A stretch of 63,401 nt of DNA, the filler included, from Chlamydiia bacterium (lineage in GTDB: Bacteria > Chlamydiota > Chlamydiia > Chlamydiales > FEN-1388), in assembly GCA_903848235.1 (NCBI GenBank). It is 3 parts of 3 records of this genome, joined end to end, with 100 filler letters (N's around TTAATTAATTAA, not from the genome) between each part and the next. Parts side by side here need not be neighbours in the genome. Positions count along the whole stretch, not along the records: positions 1 to 26,407 come from CAINFV010000179.1; 2 more parts are not named here. One strand, written 5' to 3'. Positions 1-8,999 of this stretch are shown here, in pieces (within the stretch, counting starts at the first letter, position 1; every line of letters starts with the position of its first letter). The notes under the pieces are model-generated. The model worked only from the letters and a program-made list of their open reading frames with translations, did no database searches and was not told where the DNA came from. The translations under genes were made by a program, and so were the position numbers.

Positions 1-2248
1 CTCCTTGAGACGGCCCCTCATTCGGGCCGATAGTGCCGACGACTGGCAAAAGGACCACTGGAGGGACATACGTATAATGATCAGCTGCAGTGATAGGAGA
101 GCTTCCGGTTTGGGTTTGTACTACGACGTCGACAGTTCCTACTGTACCAGGAGGGGCCGTTGCGGTAATTGATGTCGGAGAATCAACGGTGCAGGTCGCT
201 GCTATAGAGCCAAAATTGACTCCTAACACGTCCATGAAGTTTTCCCCAGTAATTGTTACGCTATCGCCACCTTGATAATCACCCTCATTCGGGTTGACAT
301 TGTCGACGGCGGGCGGAGGGACGACATACGTGTAATGATCAGCTGTGGTGATAGGAGAGGTCCCGGTTTGGGTTGCTACTACGACGTCAACAGTAGCACC
401 TATAGTACCAGGAGGGGCCGTTACGGTGATTGATGTGGGAGAAACAGAGGTGATGCTCGCTGCCGTAGAGCCAAAATCAACCTCTAACACGTCTATGAAG
501 TTCTCTCCTGTAATTGTTACGCTATTGCCCCCTCGATAATCTCCCTCATTCGGGTTGACATTGTCAACGACGGGCGGTAGGACGACATACGTATATTGAT
601 CAGCTGTTGTGGTAGGAGAGGGCCCTGCCTGGGTTTGTACTACGACGTCGACAGTTCCTACTGCACCTGGAGGAGCCGTTGCAGTAATTGTTGTCGGAGA
701 ATCAACGGTGTAGGTCGCTGACGCGGAGCCAAATAAGACATCTGAGGCCCCGAGAAAATGTTCTCCTGTAATTGTCACGGTAGTGCCACCCAGTATCGAG
801 CCTTGATTTGGGTTAACATTGGTGACAATGGGGGGGTCGGCCTTGGTCGCAGACCTGACAAACACTTCATCGTTTGACCCCGTCCATACAACCAGGGGGA
901 AGTTGTCGGAACCAATGACCAAGCATGGATTGTCATTTGTCGTGGGAGGATCTTCTGTACCGGAGATTGTCTCGGCTGCCCCCCACGTGTCATCATTATT
1001 TTTGGTGGCGGCCTGAACGACATCTCTCGAATTTATTCCGTCATAAGTGTAAAACCACCAAGCAGCTGTTGCAACACCATTGGCATCACAGGCAATGTTG
1101 AGGGAATACACTCCATAGGCCTCATCAGAAATAGTGACGGGCGCCTGCCAGTCATCGAAAGATGTCGCCCTTGAGGCAGCCATAACAGTGGAGACACTTT
1201 CATTTGGGTATTCCCAAACAGCTGTTACCTTGCCGTTCGGAGCAACAGCAATTTGTGGAAGATTGGATCCATTTGGGCCAATGTAAGCGCTATACGACCA
1301 ATTGGGGTCTTTGGTGGAAAACCGAAGATAGCGATTCCAGTTTGGCGCTCCAGTAGTAATGGTTGTGACAACCGTCGGAATATCGTTGGGGTCAACAACG
1401 ATCTGGGGACCTCCAGATACCCCAGGAGCGAGTGCATCTGAAAGAATTGAGTCGATAGAAGAAAACGACCAAGAAGGCCCCCCGGTCGTCATGGGGGCTT
1501 CATTCACTTGAATTATACCCGTAACGGGGTCTTCTAGAAAGCCGCGAAACCAAACGGCTGTAAGTTTATTAGTTGAGTCAACACCGAGTTGCGGAGCAAT
1601 ATCCGCCATGCCACCCGCAGCATGTGGCGAAACATTAACCGGCTCCAGCCAGACTCCGTCGTTGGGGCCGCTGGACGGTCTTGTCGCTGTTTGAATGAAT
1701 GCTGCGTGAAAATCTGATTCGTCAATATGATGGGACCAAATCACAGTTGTATTGTCATCTTGATCAACGACAATCTGTGGGGTAAACGAGTTGTTCATCG
1801 TGTGTTCTGGAGGGTCCGCTACCTCAGACACCCGTATGGGAGTATTATCCCAAATGCCACCAAAGGGCTTCGTTGATGCATATACAACGCTGATTGAGCG
1901 AGAATCATAGTCCACCAACCAGGTCCACACGACCGTAACCTTTCCCGTGGAGTCAACGGCAACCCGATGATCGTTGTATTCAGTCGTCGAACTTGAAACA
2001 ACAAGAGGCTCCTCCCACTCCGCTCCAAGAGCCTTGGTCGAAGAATAGAGACTGTAATTACCGGACCCATGCTCAAGCCAAATGGCCGTGGCATTTCCTG
2101 CCGGATCCACGACGACTTTCGCATGGCTTTTGCCTTCATCGGGCAGGCCATCAAAAACCGTTTCCGGCGGCAACCACACGCTCGCTGCCGCCAAAAAAGT
2201 AGACCACAACACACCGAAGAGGCACAAAGACTTAAGCAGGCGAATCAT
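1..2248 (-). CDS. Secreted protein: signal peptide, beta-propeller-like repeats, tandem IPT/TIG domains (3' end outside window)
   Basis: Not in the ORF track. Manual translation from ATG 2248 (GAGG upstream): MIRLLKSLCLFGVLWSTFLAAASVWLPPETV...VVVDPAGNATAIW...VAVDSTGKVTVVW. At about 1-830 there are IPT repeats such as PPIVTNVNPNQGSILGGTTVTITGEHF...ITATAPPGAVGTVDVVV...DQYTYV, period 258-261 nt. Confidence 0.8.
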   Translation of the reverse strand, partial: MIRLLKSLCLFGVLWSTFLAAASVWLPPETVFDGLPDEGKSHAKVVVDPAGNATAIWLEHGSGNYSLYSSTKALGAEWEEPLVVSSSTTEYNDHRVAVDSTGKVTVVWTWLVDYDSRSISVVYASTKPFGGIWDNTPIRVSEVADPPEHTMNNSFTPQIVVDQDDNTTVIWSHHIDESDFHAAFIQTATRPSSGPNDGVWLEPVNVSPHAAGGMADIAPQLGVDSTNKLTAVWFRGFLEDPVTGIIQVNEAPMTTGGPSWSFSSIDSILSDALAPGVSGGPQIVVDPNDIPTVVTTITTGAPNWNRYLRFSTKDPNWSYSAYIGPNGSNLPQIAVAPNGKVTAVWEYPNESVSTVMAASRATSFDDWQAPVTISDEAYGVYSLNIACDANGVATAAWWFYTYDGINSRDVVQAATKNNDDTWGAAETISGTEDPPTTNDNPCLVIGSDNFPLVVWTGSNDEVFVRSATKADPPIVTNVNPNQGSILGGTTVTITGEHFLGASDVLFGSASATYTVDSPTTITATAPPGAVGTVDVVVQTQAGPSPTTTADQYTYVVLPPVVDNVNPNEGDYRGGNSVTITGENFIDVLEVDFGSTAASITSVSPTSITVTAPPGTIGATVDVVVATQTGTSPITTADHYTYVVPPPAVDNVNPNEGDYQGGDSVTITGENFMDVLGVNFGSIAATCTVDSPTSITATAPPGTVGTVDVVVQTQTGSSPITAADHYTYVPPVVLLPVVGTIGPNEGPSQG

Positions 2249-2510
2249 ATCAACCTCTAAATTTTAATTATTCAGAGCTTGATGTTAAACGAGATTCTTT
2301 GTCAATCAAACTTTTCAATTAATAGCTTAAGATAACTATCCCTCTTCTTGTTCAAGAAAAGGGATATCACTCCGCCTATGGCAGAGCGGTTCTGTTAAGG
2401 CTATGGCAGTTGAAGAGGGAATTGAGAAAGATCAATCACTTCTGGTAGCCTAAAAGAAGTCAGAGAGGATCACCCGTCCCTGTGTTTGCCAGATACGAAA
2501 GGTTTCTCCT

Positions 2511-3143
2511 ATGTCAACCCTTACCACCAAGCAACATCGAGTCTTTGACGCTATCGAGAAGTATACCACCACACATGGCCATCCCCCATCCTATCGTGAG
2601 CTCATGGTAGAACTTGGCTATCAATCTACAGGGAGCATCTATCGCTTTGTAAAAGCTCTGAAGACAAAAGGAGCTCTTGAAGAAACACCTCGCTCATGGA
2701 GAAATGTCAAACCAACTCGATCCCTCCGGCATGAGGGCAATGTCCTCGAAGTCGAAGTCATCGGCCAGGTCTCACGTCAGCACCCTCCGGAGCTCTTTGC
2801 AAAGACCTCCCTCGTCACTGTCCCTAGCCACCTTGTCAGCCAACATGCTCCGGTGTATGGACTTGTCATCCAAGATGCGTCATTCCTTGATGAACACCTG
2901 CTGCCAGGAGATCTCATCCTCGTAGAACCCGCCGACAGCATAGAACCCGGCGAGCTAGTCCTCGCCTCCACCCACCATTCCATCATTGGCCATTATTTTG
3001 ACGAAGGAGCTACCCTCCGCTTCCGCTCCAGCCCCTACGCCCCAAGCGGCGCTCTGGCCAGCATCGCTGCGCCGACCGACGACACGCAAGTCTGGGGAGT
3101 CATCGTCGGCTGTATCAGAAGCTTTGGCCCACAGAAAGAGTAA
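2511..3143 (+). CDS. lexA: LexA-family repressor (wHTH + degenerate S24 domain)
   Basis: N-term LTTKQHRVFDAI...GHPPSYRELMVELGYQSTGSIYRFVKAL matches the LexA DNA-binding domain; C-term GDLILVEP and VWGVIVG match S24 fold motifs. Confidence 0.85.
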   Translation: MSTLTTKQHRVFDAIEKYTTTHGHPPSYRELMVELGYQSTGSIYRFVKALKTKGALEETPRSWRNVKPTRSLRHEGNVLEVEVIGQVSRQHPPELFAKTSLVTVPSHLVSQHAPVYGLVIQDASFLDEHLLPGDLILVEPADSIEPGELVLASTHHSIIGHYFDEGATLRFRSSPYAPSGALASIAAPTDDTQVWGVIVGCIRSFGPQKE

Positions 3144-3153
3144 TACCAAAACG

Positions 3154-3969
3154 TTAGGAATTTTCCTCTTTGTCTTCGGACTCATCAAGAGCTGCCAGTC
3201 GCTTGCCTTGCGCCAAACGGACGCAGGCCACGGCCCATGCCCCAAGAACATAGCCCCATGAGATCAAAAAGAGAGCAGCTGAAAAGTTATTCAGCGCAAG
3301 AAGAAGAATGATAGATGAGACGCTCGCCGCTATCACGATCAGCCGCAAGCTCGACACACGCACGTTAATCGATTTGAGGCTTTGAAAGCGCCACCTGCTG
3401 ACCATGAGATAGGCAAGAAGAAAAAAGACAGCGACCGCCACGACAGAGCGGGTAAACTCGGTCGTCGGACACAGCTCTTGACATGTATCACTCATCATAA
3501 AAAGCGTCGGTGACACTGCTGCCATGGCAGCAGCGGTAATAGGAAGCCCTGTGAAGGTTCCCTTTTTTTCTGGGTCTGTGGTAGGAGGGGTGGTTGAAAA
3601 GCGCACCAAACGGAGGACGCCCCCTACTGAGTAGGTGATAGCTCCTGCCGCCAAAAACCATGAAAGAAAAGTCCCCGGGACAGCAGAGAGTGTTTTCAAG
3701 ACAACGACAGATGGAGCAATGCCGAAAGAGACGGAATCTGCCATGGAATCAAACAGCCCTCCGAACTCACTTTCTACTTTCATGGCACGAGCAAGAGCGC
3801 CGTCGAGAACGTCAAGGACAGACGCCACCAGCAAGATTTTGACGCAGTACTGCACTTGTTCGAAAACCGCTGTTCCTGGGTGGATCATATTCATCTTAAA
3901 GATGACAAACAACCCGCAGCACAGACTCAAAGCGGTCAAAAGATTAGGAAGAACAATTTGTCGTTTCAT
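3154..3969 (-). CDS. pssA: CDP-diacylglycerol--serine O-phosphatidyltransferase
   Basis: LPNLLT start and DVLDGALARAMKVESEFGGLFDSMADSVSFG CDP-alcohol phosphatidyltransferase motif; start moved to ATG 3969 (AAGGG upstream). Confidence 0.9.
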   Translation of the reverse strand: MKRQIVLPNLLTALSLCCGLFVIFKMNMIHPGTAVFEQVQYCVKILLVASVLDVLDGALARAMKVESEFGGLFDSMADSVSFGIAPSVVVLKTLSAVPGTFLSWFLAAGAITYSVGGVLRLVRFSTTPPTTDPEKKGTFTGLPITAAAMAAVSPTLFMMSDTCQELCPTTEFTRSVVAVAVFFLLAYLMVSRWRFQSLKSINVRVSSLRLIVIAASVSSIILLLALNNFSAALFLISWGYVLGAWAVACVRLAQGKRLAALDESEDKEENS

Positions 3970-4022
3970 AGTACCCTTAAAATGCTGGCCGCACGAAAAT
4001 TGAGCAACCAAAGGATCAATTA

Positions 4023-5690
4023 TCACGCGGTATCCATTTTATCACCACCATGTTGTTCTGGTGGCCTAGGAGAGTGAGGCCCATGGGGTAGAAGCGCTTC
4101 TCTCTCTTCCTCTCTTCGCTTCAATTGTGCCCTCAACCTTCGTTCGGCATACCTTCGAAGAACAGGGTTTACAATTCCAGCAACTGCATCTCGCGTGCCA
4201 CTCGCAATTCCTGGCCCATATTCCCCTGCAGCATTTCCTGCGGCAAAACCAACACCAGGCCCAAATGCAATTCCTACTCCAATCCCTACTGCAACCCCTA
4301 GAACAGTCTGTTTCACACTCCATCTGGGAGCTACTGCCGCACTCAACGCCAATCCAGCTACAATTTGTGTAGCAGGATGAAGACTTGATAACGCACCGGC
4401 CGTTGCAGCTGCACGTTCTATGAAAGTGGCCTCACTAGCCGCTGCCACAACAATGTGCGCCGCATCTTGTACTACGAAGGCCCCAGCAGTCGCAACAACC
4501 GCCGAGACCGCCCCGAAGCGTCGTATAGAACGTCCCTCTTCTGATTGAGCTTCGTGTGCTTCTTTCTGAAGACTTCTCTGAGCCGGAACAATAACGCGCT
4601 CATAGACAAGTTTGTGTTCATTTACAACCTCTTCTCTCGCTTTTTCTCGTTCTTCTATTTTCCGCCGTTCATCTATCAAGCGCAGATCTCCAAATCGCGG
4701 CCCTACCGCTGCGCCTACCCACTGTTCCGAACTGCCTAGGGACGCTACACTTTGTGTAACATGGTGAGGAAAGACCCCTCCGGAATCAGAGGTGATGATC
4801 TTTCTAAGCTCACCCTGAAGTATTTCTAGAGTTTGTATCTGCTCTGAAAGCTCTTGGCTGTTCTGCGCCGCACCACCTTCACGAAGAAAATCGCGAGCTT
4901 CGCCAAGCATTGCTTCATTTCGACGCCACATCGCAGCCGATAACCTCAGCATTCTTCCCTGACCTGGCAACCGCACGTCTCTTAATGCCCGACGCGTCTC
5001 GTCTTCACATACAGCAAGCCTTGCTCTCACCGCCTCTTGGGTGATAGGAGGACTGATCTCCTCTGGCGAACCTAATTTTCTTCTCTGCAGAGGCATTTCT
5101 TGTTCTCGTGGCGGAGGACTCTCTGCTACCCGTTTTTTTCTTCCCCCAGAGTCTTCTGCTGCTTTTTGCCCTTCTTCATCCATCGGCATTACTAGAGCAT
5201 CAGCACCCCGCTCTCTTTTAGCAGCAGGCACTTCCATATACGGTTGCGCAACTCGTACTAATTCTTCATGCAGAGTTTCCACTCTTTCAATCACCGACCG
5301 CAGCTCTTGCCGCCGCACTTCTGGACTTACCTTTGCGGGTTTTTTCGTCTCTTTTATAGGTCTTTCTACAGCAGCTCGAGCTTCCCGCAACACATCGCCA
5401 TTCTCTTTAATCCGTACTCGTACCATGCCTGCGTAGAGTCGAATATTTTCTTCGATTTGGCTCTTACACGCCGCTCCATCTTCAGTTCTATATTTCGTCA
5501 AAATCGCCTGAATCCTTCCATGAGGGACTTCTCGCATCTGTAGAGGAAGGTCGAGAAACCCACCCATCATTATGAGCTCGGCTCTCATTTCATCAATTTT
5601 TTCTAATAAAACTCTTGTTTGTTCTTGCACATGGGAGCAGCTCGCTGTTGCACTCATGAGCTCTTTGGAAGAAATCGAAGAAACAGTCAT
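4023..5690 (-). CDS. Hypothetical coiled-coil protein with C-terminal bilobed hydrophobic region (Inc-like effector)
   Basis: 555-aa ORF, Ser-rich N-terminus, GAGG RBS, hydrophobic stretches IVAGLALSAAVAP and VLGVAVGIGVGIAFG. Confidence 0.6.
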   Translation of the reverse strand: MTVSSISSKELMSATASCSHVQEQTRVLLEKIDEMRAELIMMGGFLDLPLQMREVPHGRIQAILTKYRTEDGAACKSQIEENIRLYAGMVRVRIKENGDVLREARAAVERPIKETKKPAKVSPEVRRQELRSVIERVETLHEELVRVAQPYMEVPAAKRERGADALVMPMDEEGQKAAEDSGGRKKRVAESPPPREQEMPLQRRKLGSPEEISPPITQEAVRARLAVCEDETRRALRDVRLPGQGRMLRLSAAMWRRNEAMLGEARDFLREGGAAQNSQELSEQIQTLEILQGELRKIITSDSGGVFPHHVTQSVASLGSSEQWVGAAVGPRFGDLRLIDERRKIEEREKAREEVVNEHKLVYERVIVPAQRSLQKEAHEAQSEEGRSIRRFGAVSAVVATAGAFVVQDAAHIVVAAASEATFIERAAATAGALSSLHPATQIVAGLALSAAVAPRWSVKQTVLGVAVGIGVGIAFGPGVGFAAGNAAGEYGPGIASGTRDAVAGIVNPVLRRYAERRLRAQLKRREEEREALLPHGPHSPRPPEQHGGDKMDTA

Positions 5691-5701
5691 CGCCTACCTC
5701 A

Positions 5702-8700
5702 CTACTGCAATTTAGTTACCTTATGTCGAATCGGCTCCACAACCCCTTGTCCTTCCTTAAGGCTACCGAGTGTCTCACTCCGTAGCACCGCATGCGGTGC
5801 TGGCATGGGAGGAACAGTTTGTTGAAGAGTTCCAGCTCCACCCACCCCCAAGGCGGCAGCTCCCTGATGAATCTGAGAAGAAGAGGCATCCATTTGTTGC
5901 CTGCCTCTGATAAAGGCATTCGAAATACGGGTAAACCAGCCTGCCTTTGAAGGTCCTGCAACGGCAACAGGTGGAGGAGCAGACGGTGGGACAGATAGCT
6001 CAACGAGAACTGGAGGTATCGCTGCCTGGATTTTTGGCCCAGATGGCAGGAGAGGGGGAGGAGCCACAGATGGGGAGCCATATCCTAGAGAGCGTTGGAG
6101 GGTATCGAGAAACTGCGGGCCTGTTCCTGCAGCAACGGCGGCCTCATACTGACGTTGAATTTTAGGCGTCCACGCCCCTGCTACACTCGCTGAGGCGACG
6201 GCTGGCGGCAGACAGATATCAGAAGCGACAGAGCCACCCACTAGGGATTGCGGAGAAGGGACTCGCGCTGACAGCGCCGCCTGTTGCTGCACAGGCACTC
6301 CTGCCCCTTCTAGCTGAGCTTGCGGCAGCACAGGAACCACAGATCTTGTCGACCATCCTTGGTAGGCCCTGTACCCAACATAGAGCACCGCTGCAGAAAG
6401 CCCCACTCGCCAGATGTATTTTAAGGGTTTTTGGATCGCTACGGGCAGCCTCTCACACTGCCTGTCGATAAATGATCCGACAGGAGCCACGAGTGCACTG
6501 CCCACAGTGATGATCAGCGGAGCGGCCACGGTAAGGCCTATGGATGCAACAGCTCCTGCCACACCAAACGATTGTATCAATGCAGGAGCTGCATACATGC
6601 CAATGGCACTCATCATCGCTGACTGTGCAACTCCATTAATGGTAATCACATTATGAGACAGCACATGGGTGGTCGTAGTAGTCTGAGGAGAAGGCGCTGG
6701 CGGCGGGAGCTTTATTGCAATAGCCTCTAACGCTTCGTCGATCATCTTCAGGCATACTTCATTATGTCGAAGGATCGTCTCATCATCGATAGCGCCTACA
6801 GAGAACGCTCGTAACGAGGTTTTCAGAGCACGGAGGTTAACTGCTGCCGCTGTGAGAGACTCTCTATCTTTCAACCGTTCAATCTCTGGCAAGACGATTG
6901 ACAGGACCTTCTGTTGTATCTGCTGATAAAATGTGGCAAGCGCTTTTCCCATCGTTGCGTTGAGCTGCCCGTCAAGGCGATCTCGTAACTGAGGAGGACA
7001 GAAGCGTGTCAGCTGATGGATTTCCTCTTCCTGACCGAGGAACATCTCTTTAAGACGAATAGCCTCTTCTCCTGCCACACGGTGAAAAGTCTTGAAGTCC
7101 GCCCCCTCCTTCAATGCGGCCAACGACTGAAGGCATCGCGCATTCCATGCATTTTCGAGGCGAGTGACAAGAGGCTCAAAATCTTTGGGGATAAAAGGGA
7201 TATACCCCTTCTCACCCCTTAGCTGGCGCATCGCAGTCGTCCATGCCTTGAGAATCTCTTCAGAGCCCTCAACATCTCCTATTGTCTGGCAAGCAATAGT
7301 GGCTGACGTCTGAGCAAACTGCCGTTGTTGGGCCTCTGAAAGACTGGGATAAAAGATGTCAAACAGCAGGTGCAACTTTGGGATATCATTGACACCGTGC
7401 GATAGTTCTTCAAGTCGACGAATGGTAACAGAGAAAGCGCCCCTGGCCTCTTCTCCTAAGGTAATGCCTGCCTCTTGCATCTCACTGCGAGTACTCCTCC
7501 ACAGATCGATCATCTCATCTAAAGTGTGCGCCCCTTCTAGATCATGACAGAAGGCGCCGCAGATCGCTGTTGTTACCCGTGTTTTATCCTGTGGCAGGAG
7601 AGCCTCATTGATCACAGAATACAACTCGATCAATTGCGTCGTCTGTCCTCCTTCCAAGAGAGGCTGAATTCGTTCTACGACGTCTTTGCTACAGGCAGCG
7701 GCCTCCTCTTTTGGAAGAGTGATGCCGGCTTCTGTGATGGCCGTCATCCCGCTCTTCCACGTGTCTCTTATCTGGTCGAAGTTCGTAGCACGCTCTAAGC
7801 TCCTTCGAAACACTACTGCAAAGGACGCTACAAACCTCTCTCTGTCCATCTCACTGAGCAGCCCATGGGAGCTTACATATAACCTAGCAAGCGTTGGGAT
7901 GTCGGCAGTATTTTTTTCAACACAAGTTTCTACAGCATTGACAAGCGACGAACATCCGTCCGCAAGGTTATTGCCAGGAATAATGATATCCGCTTCTTTC
8001 AGTATTTGCAGGTCCCTCTCCCATACTTTGGCAACCTCACCCAATGTCTTTGCCTGCTTCACATGCTGGCGAAGGACAAAGCCGATGATTCGCACAAGAG
8101 AGGCTCGTTCTTTATCTGTGAGAACTTCTTGTGTTGCACTGAAAAGCATTGCTACATTCTGCAACTGAAGTTTTCCCTCTTTTGCCAGAGGCCACGCGCA
8201 GTCCACGAGTGTCCCTCCGAAGGATCTCTCGACTGTTAAATCTCTTACCTCAAGTTCTTCTGGTGCCACTTCCCCACCTTGCAGGCCCATGAGATAGTTT
8301 TTGAGGATCTTCTGACTGGTTTCGGTGAGTGGTGGTTCGCAGGCTAACTTATCAACATTCAGAGCAAATTGGAGGACGTGAAGCATCCGCTCTTTGTCGG
8401 GAGGCGTCTTTAGATGTGTCACCTCTTGCAGCGCGGAGCGAAACAGATGTCGTATCTCGCGTACGTTAGATGGGGTGTCGTACATCCGCACCTTCAGCCC
8501 AACCCCTGAAACGGTAAACGCCGTTTCTCTCCGGAGGACACTACGTACAAACCAGTGAGCGACTCGTTGGAAAAAGTGAGGACGCTGTTCGAAGGCCGTT
8601 GCTGGATCCGCAATAGAGCGGACACACACGTCGGAGATCTTCAGATGGTTCTTCCGGACAACGGTATTGAACGATGCTGCCAGCGCGTCTAACCGCTCGG

Positions 8701-8734
8701 CGGCAGATACGGGATTCATCTCGGCTGAGGACAT
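5702..8734 (-). CDS. Hypothetical effector-like protein with four ~86-aa helical repeats, hydrophobic hairpin and Pro-rich tail
   Basis: 1010-aa ORF, AGGAGG RBS, internal repeats ending EAGITL, TM-like segments near aa 700-800. Confidence 0.65.
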   Translation of the reverse strand: MSSAEMNPVSAAERLDALAASFNTVVRKNHLKISDVCVRSIADPATAFEQRPHFFQRVAHWFVRSVLRRETAFTVSGVGLKVRMYDTPSNVREIRHLFRSALQEVTHLKTPPDKERMLHVLQFALNVDKLACEPPLTETSQKILKNYLMGLQGGEVAPEELEVRDLTVERSFGGTLVDCAWPLAKEGKLQLQNVAMLFSATQEVLTDKERASLVRIIGFVLRQHVKQAKTLGEVAKVWERDLQILKEADIIIPGNNLADGCSSLVNAVETCVEKNTADIPTLARLYVSSHGLLSEMDRERFVASFAVVFRRSLERATNFDQIRDTWKSGMTAITEAGITLPKEEAAACSKDVVERIQPLLEGGQTTQLIELYSVINEALLPQDKTRVTTAICGAFCHDLEGAHTLDEMIDLWRSTRSEMQEAGITLGEEARGAFSVTIRRLEELSHGVNDIPKLHLLFDIFYPSLSEAQQRQFAQTSATIACQTIGDVEGSEEILKAWTTAMRQLRGEKGYIPFIPKDFEPLVTRLENAWNARCLQSLAALKEGADFKTFHRVAGEEAIRLKEMFLGQEEEIHQLTRFCPPQLRDRLDGQLNATMGKALATFYQQIQQKVLSIVLPEIERLKDRESLTAAAVNLRALKTSLRAFSVGAIDDETILRHNEVCLKMIDEALEAIAIKLPPPAPSPQTTTTTHVLSHNVITINGVAQSAMMSAIGMYAAPALIQSFGVAGAVASIGLTVAAPLIITVGSALVAPVGSFIDRQCERLPVAIQKPLKYIWRVGLSAAVLYVGYRAYQGWSTRSVVPVLPQAQLEGAGVPVQQQAALSARVPSPQSLVGGSVASDICLPPAVASASVAGAWTPKIQRQYEAAVAAGTGPQFLDTLQRSLGYGSPSVAPPPLLPSGPKIQAAIPPVLVELSVPPSAPPPVAVAGPSKAGWFTRISNAFIRGRQQMDASSSQIHQGAAALGVGGAGTLQQTVPPMPAPHAVLRSETLGSLKEGQGVVEPIRHKVTKLQ

Positions 8735-8787
8735 TGTTTGCCTCCTTTCCTAGTGTTCCCTTCTTCATAGCTCTCTACAGATTTTTT

Positions 8788-8950
8788 TACACCAAAACAA
8801 GTTGAAAAATTGAGAATTTGCCAACGCCGAAAGCCACAGATTCGACTCCAAAAAAACAGCCCGCTATTTGCTATAGGGGCTGTTTTTTTGGAGTCGAAGA
8901 TGGGGTTTTCGGCTAAGGCAAAAACCAATTTTTCAACTTGTTTGGGTGTA
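8788..8950. repeat. Palindromic MITE/REP-like element, family A, copy 1
   Basis: Ends TACACCAAAACAAGTTGAAAAATTG / CAATTTTTCAACTTGTTTGGGTGTA; nested inner IR TTCGACTCCAAAAAAACAGCCC / GGGCTGTTTTTTTGGAGTCGAA; homologous to 25688-25853. Confidence 0.85.
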
Positions 8951-8999
8951 CATCAGCCAATTCTCGGTATCAGCTCATCCCTTTATCGAAAATAACGTT

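Noticed and set aside
60..830. ~260-nt direct repeats as CRISPR or DGR-like array
   Set aside because: They are in-frame IPT/TIG domain repeats with no spacer structure and no cas or reverse transcriptase gene.
8716..8995. Small ORFs over the palindromic elements (also 25687-25951)
   Set aside because: Translations of the non-coding repeat.
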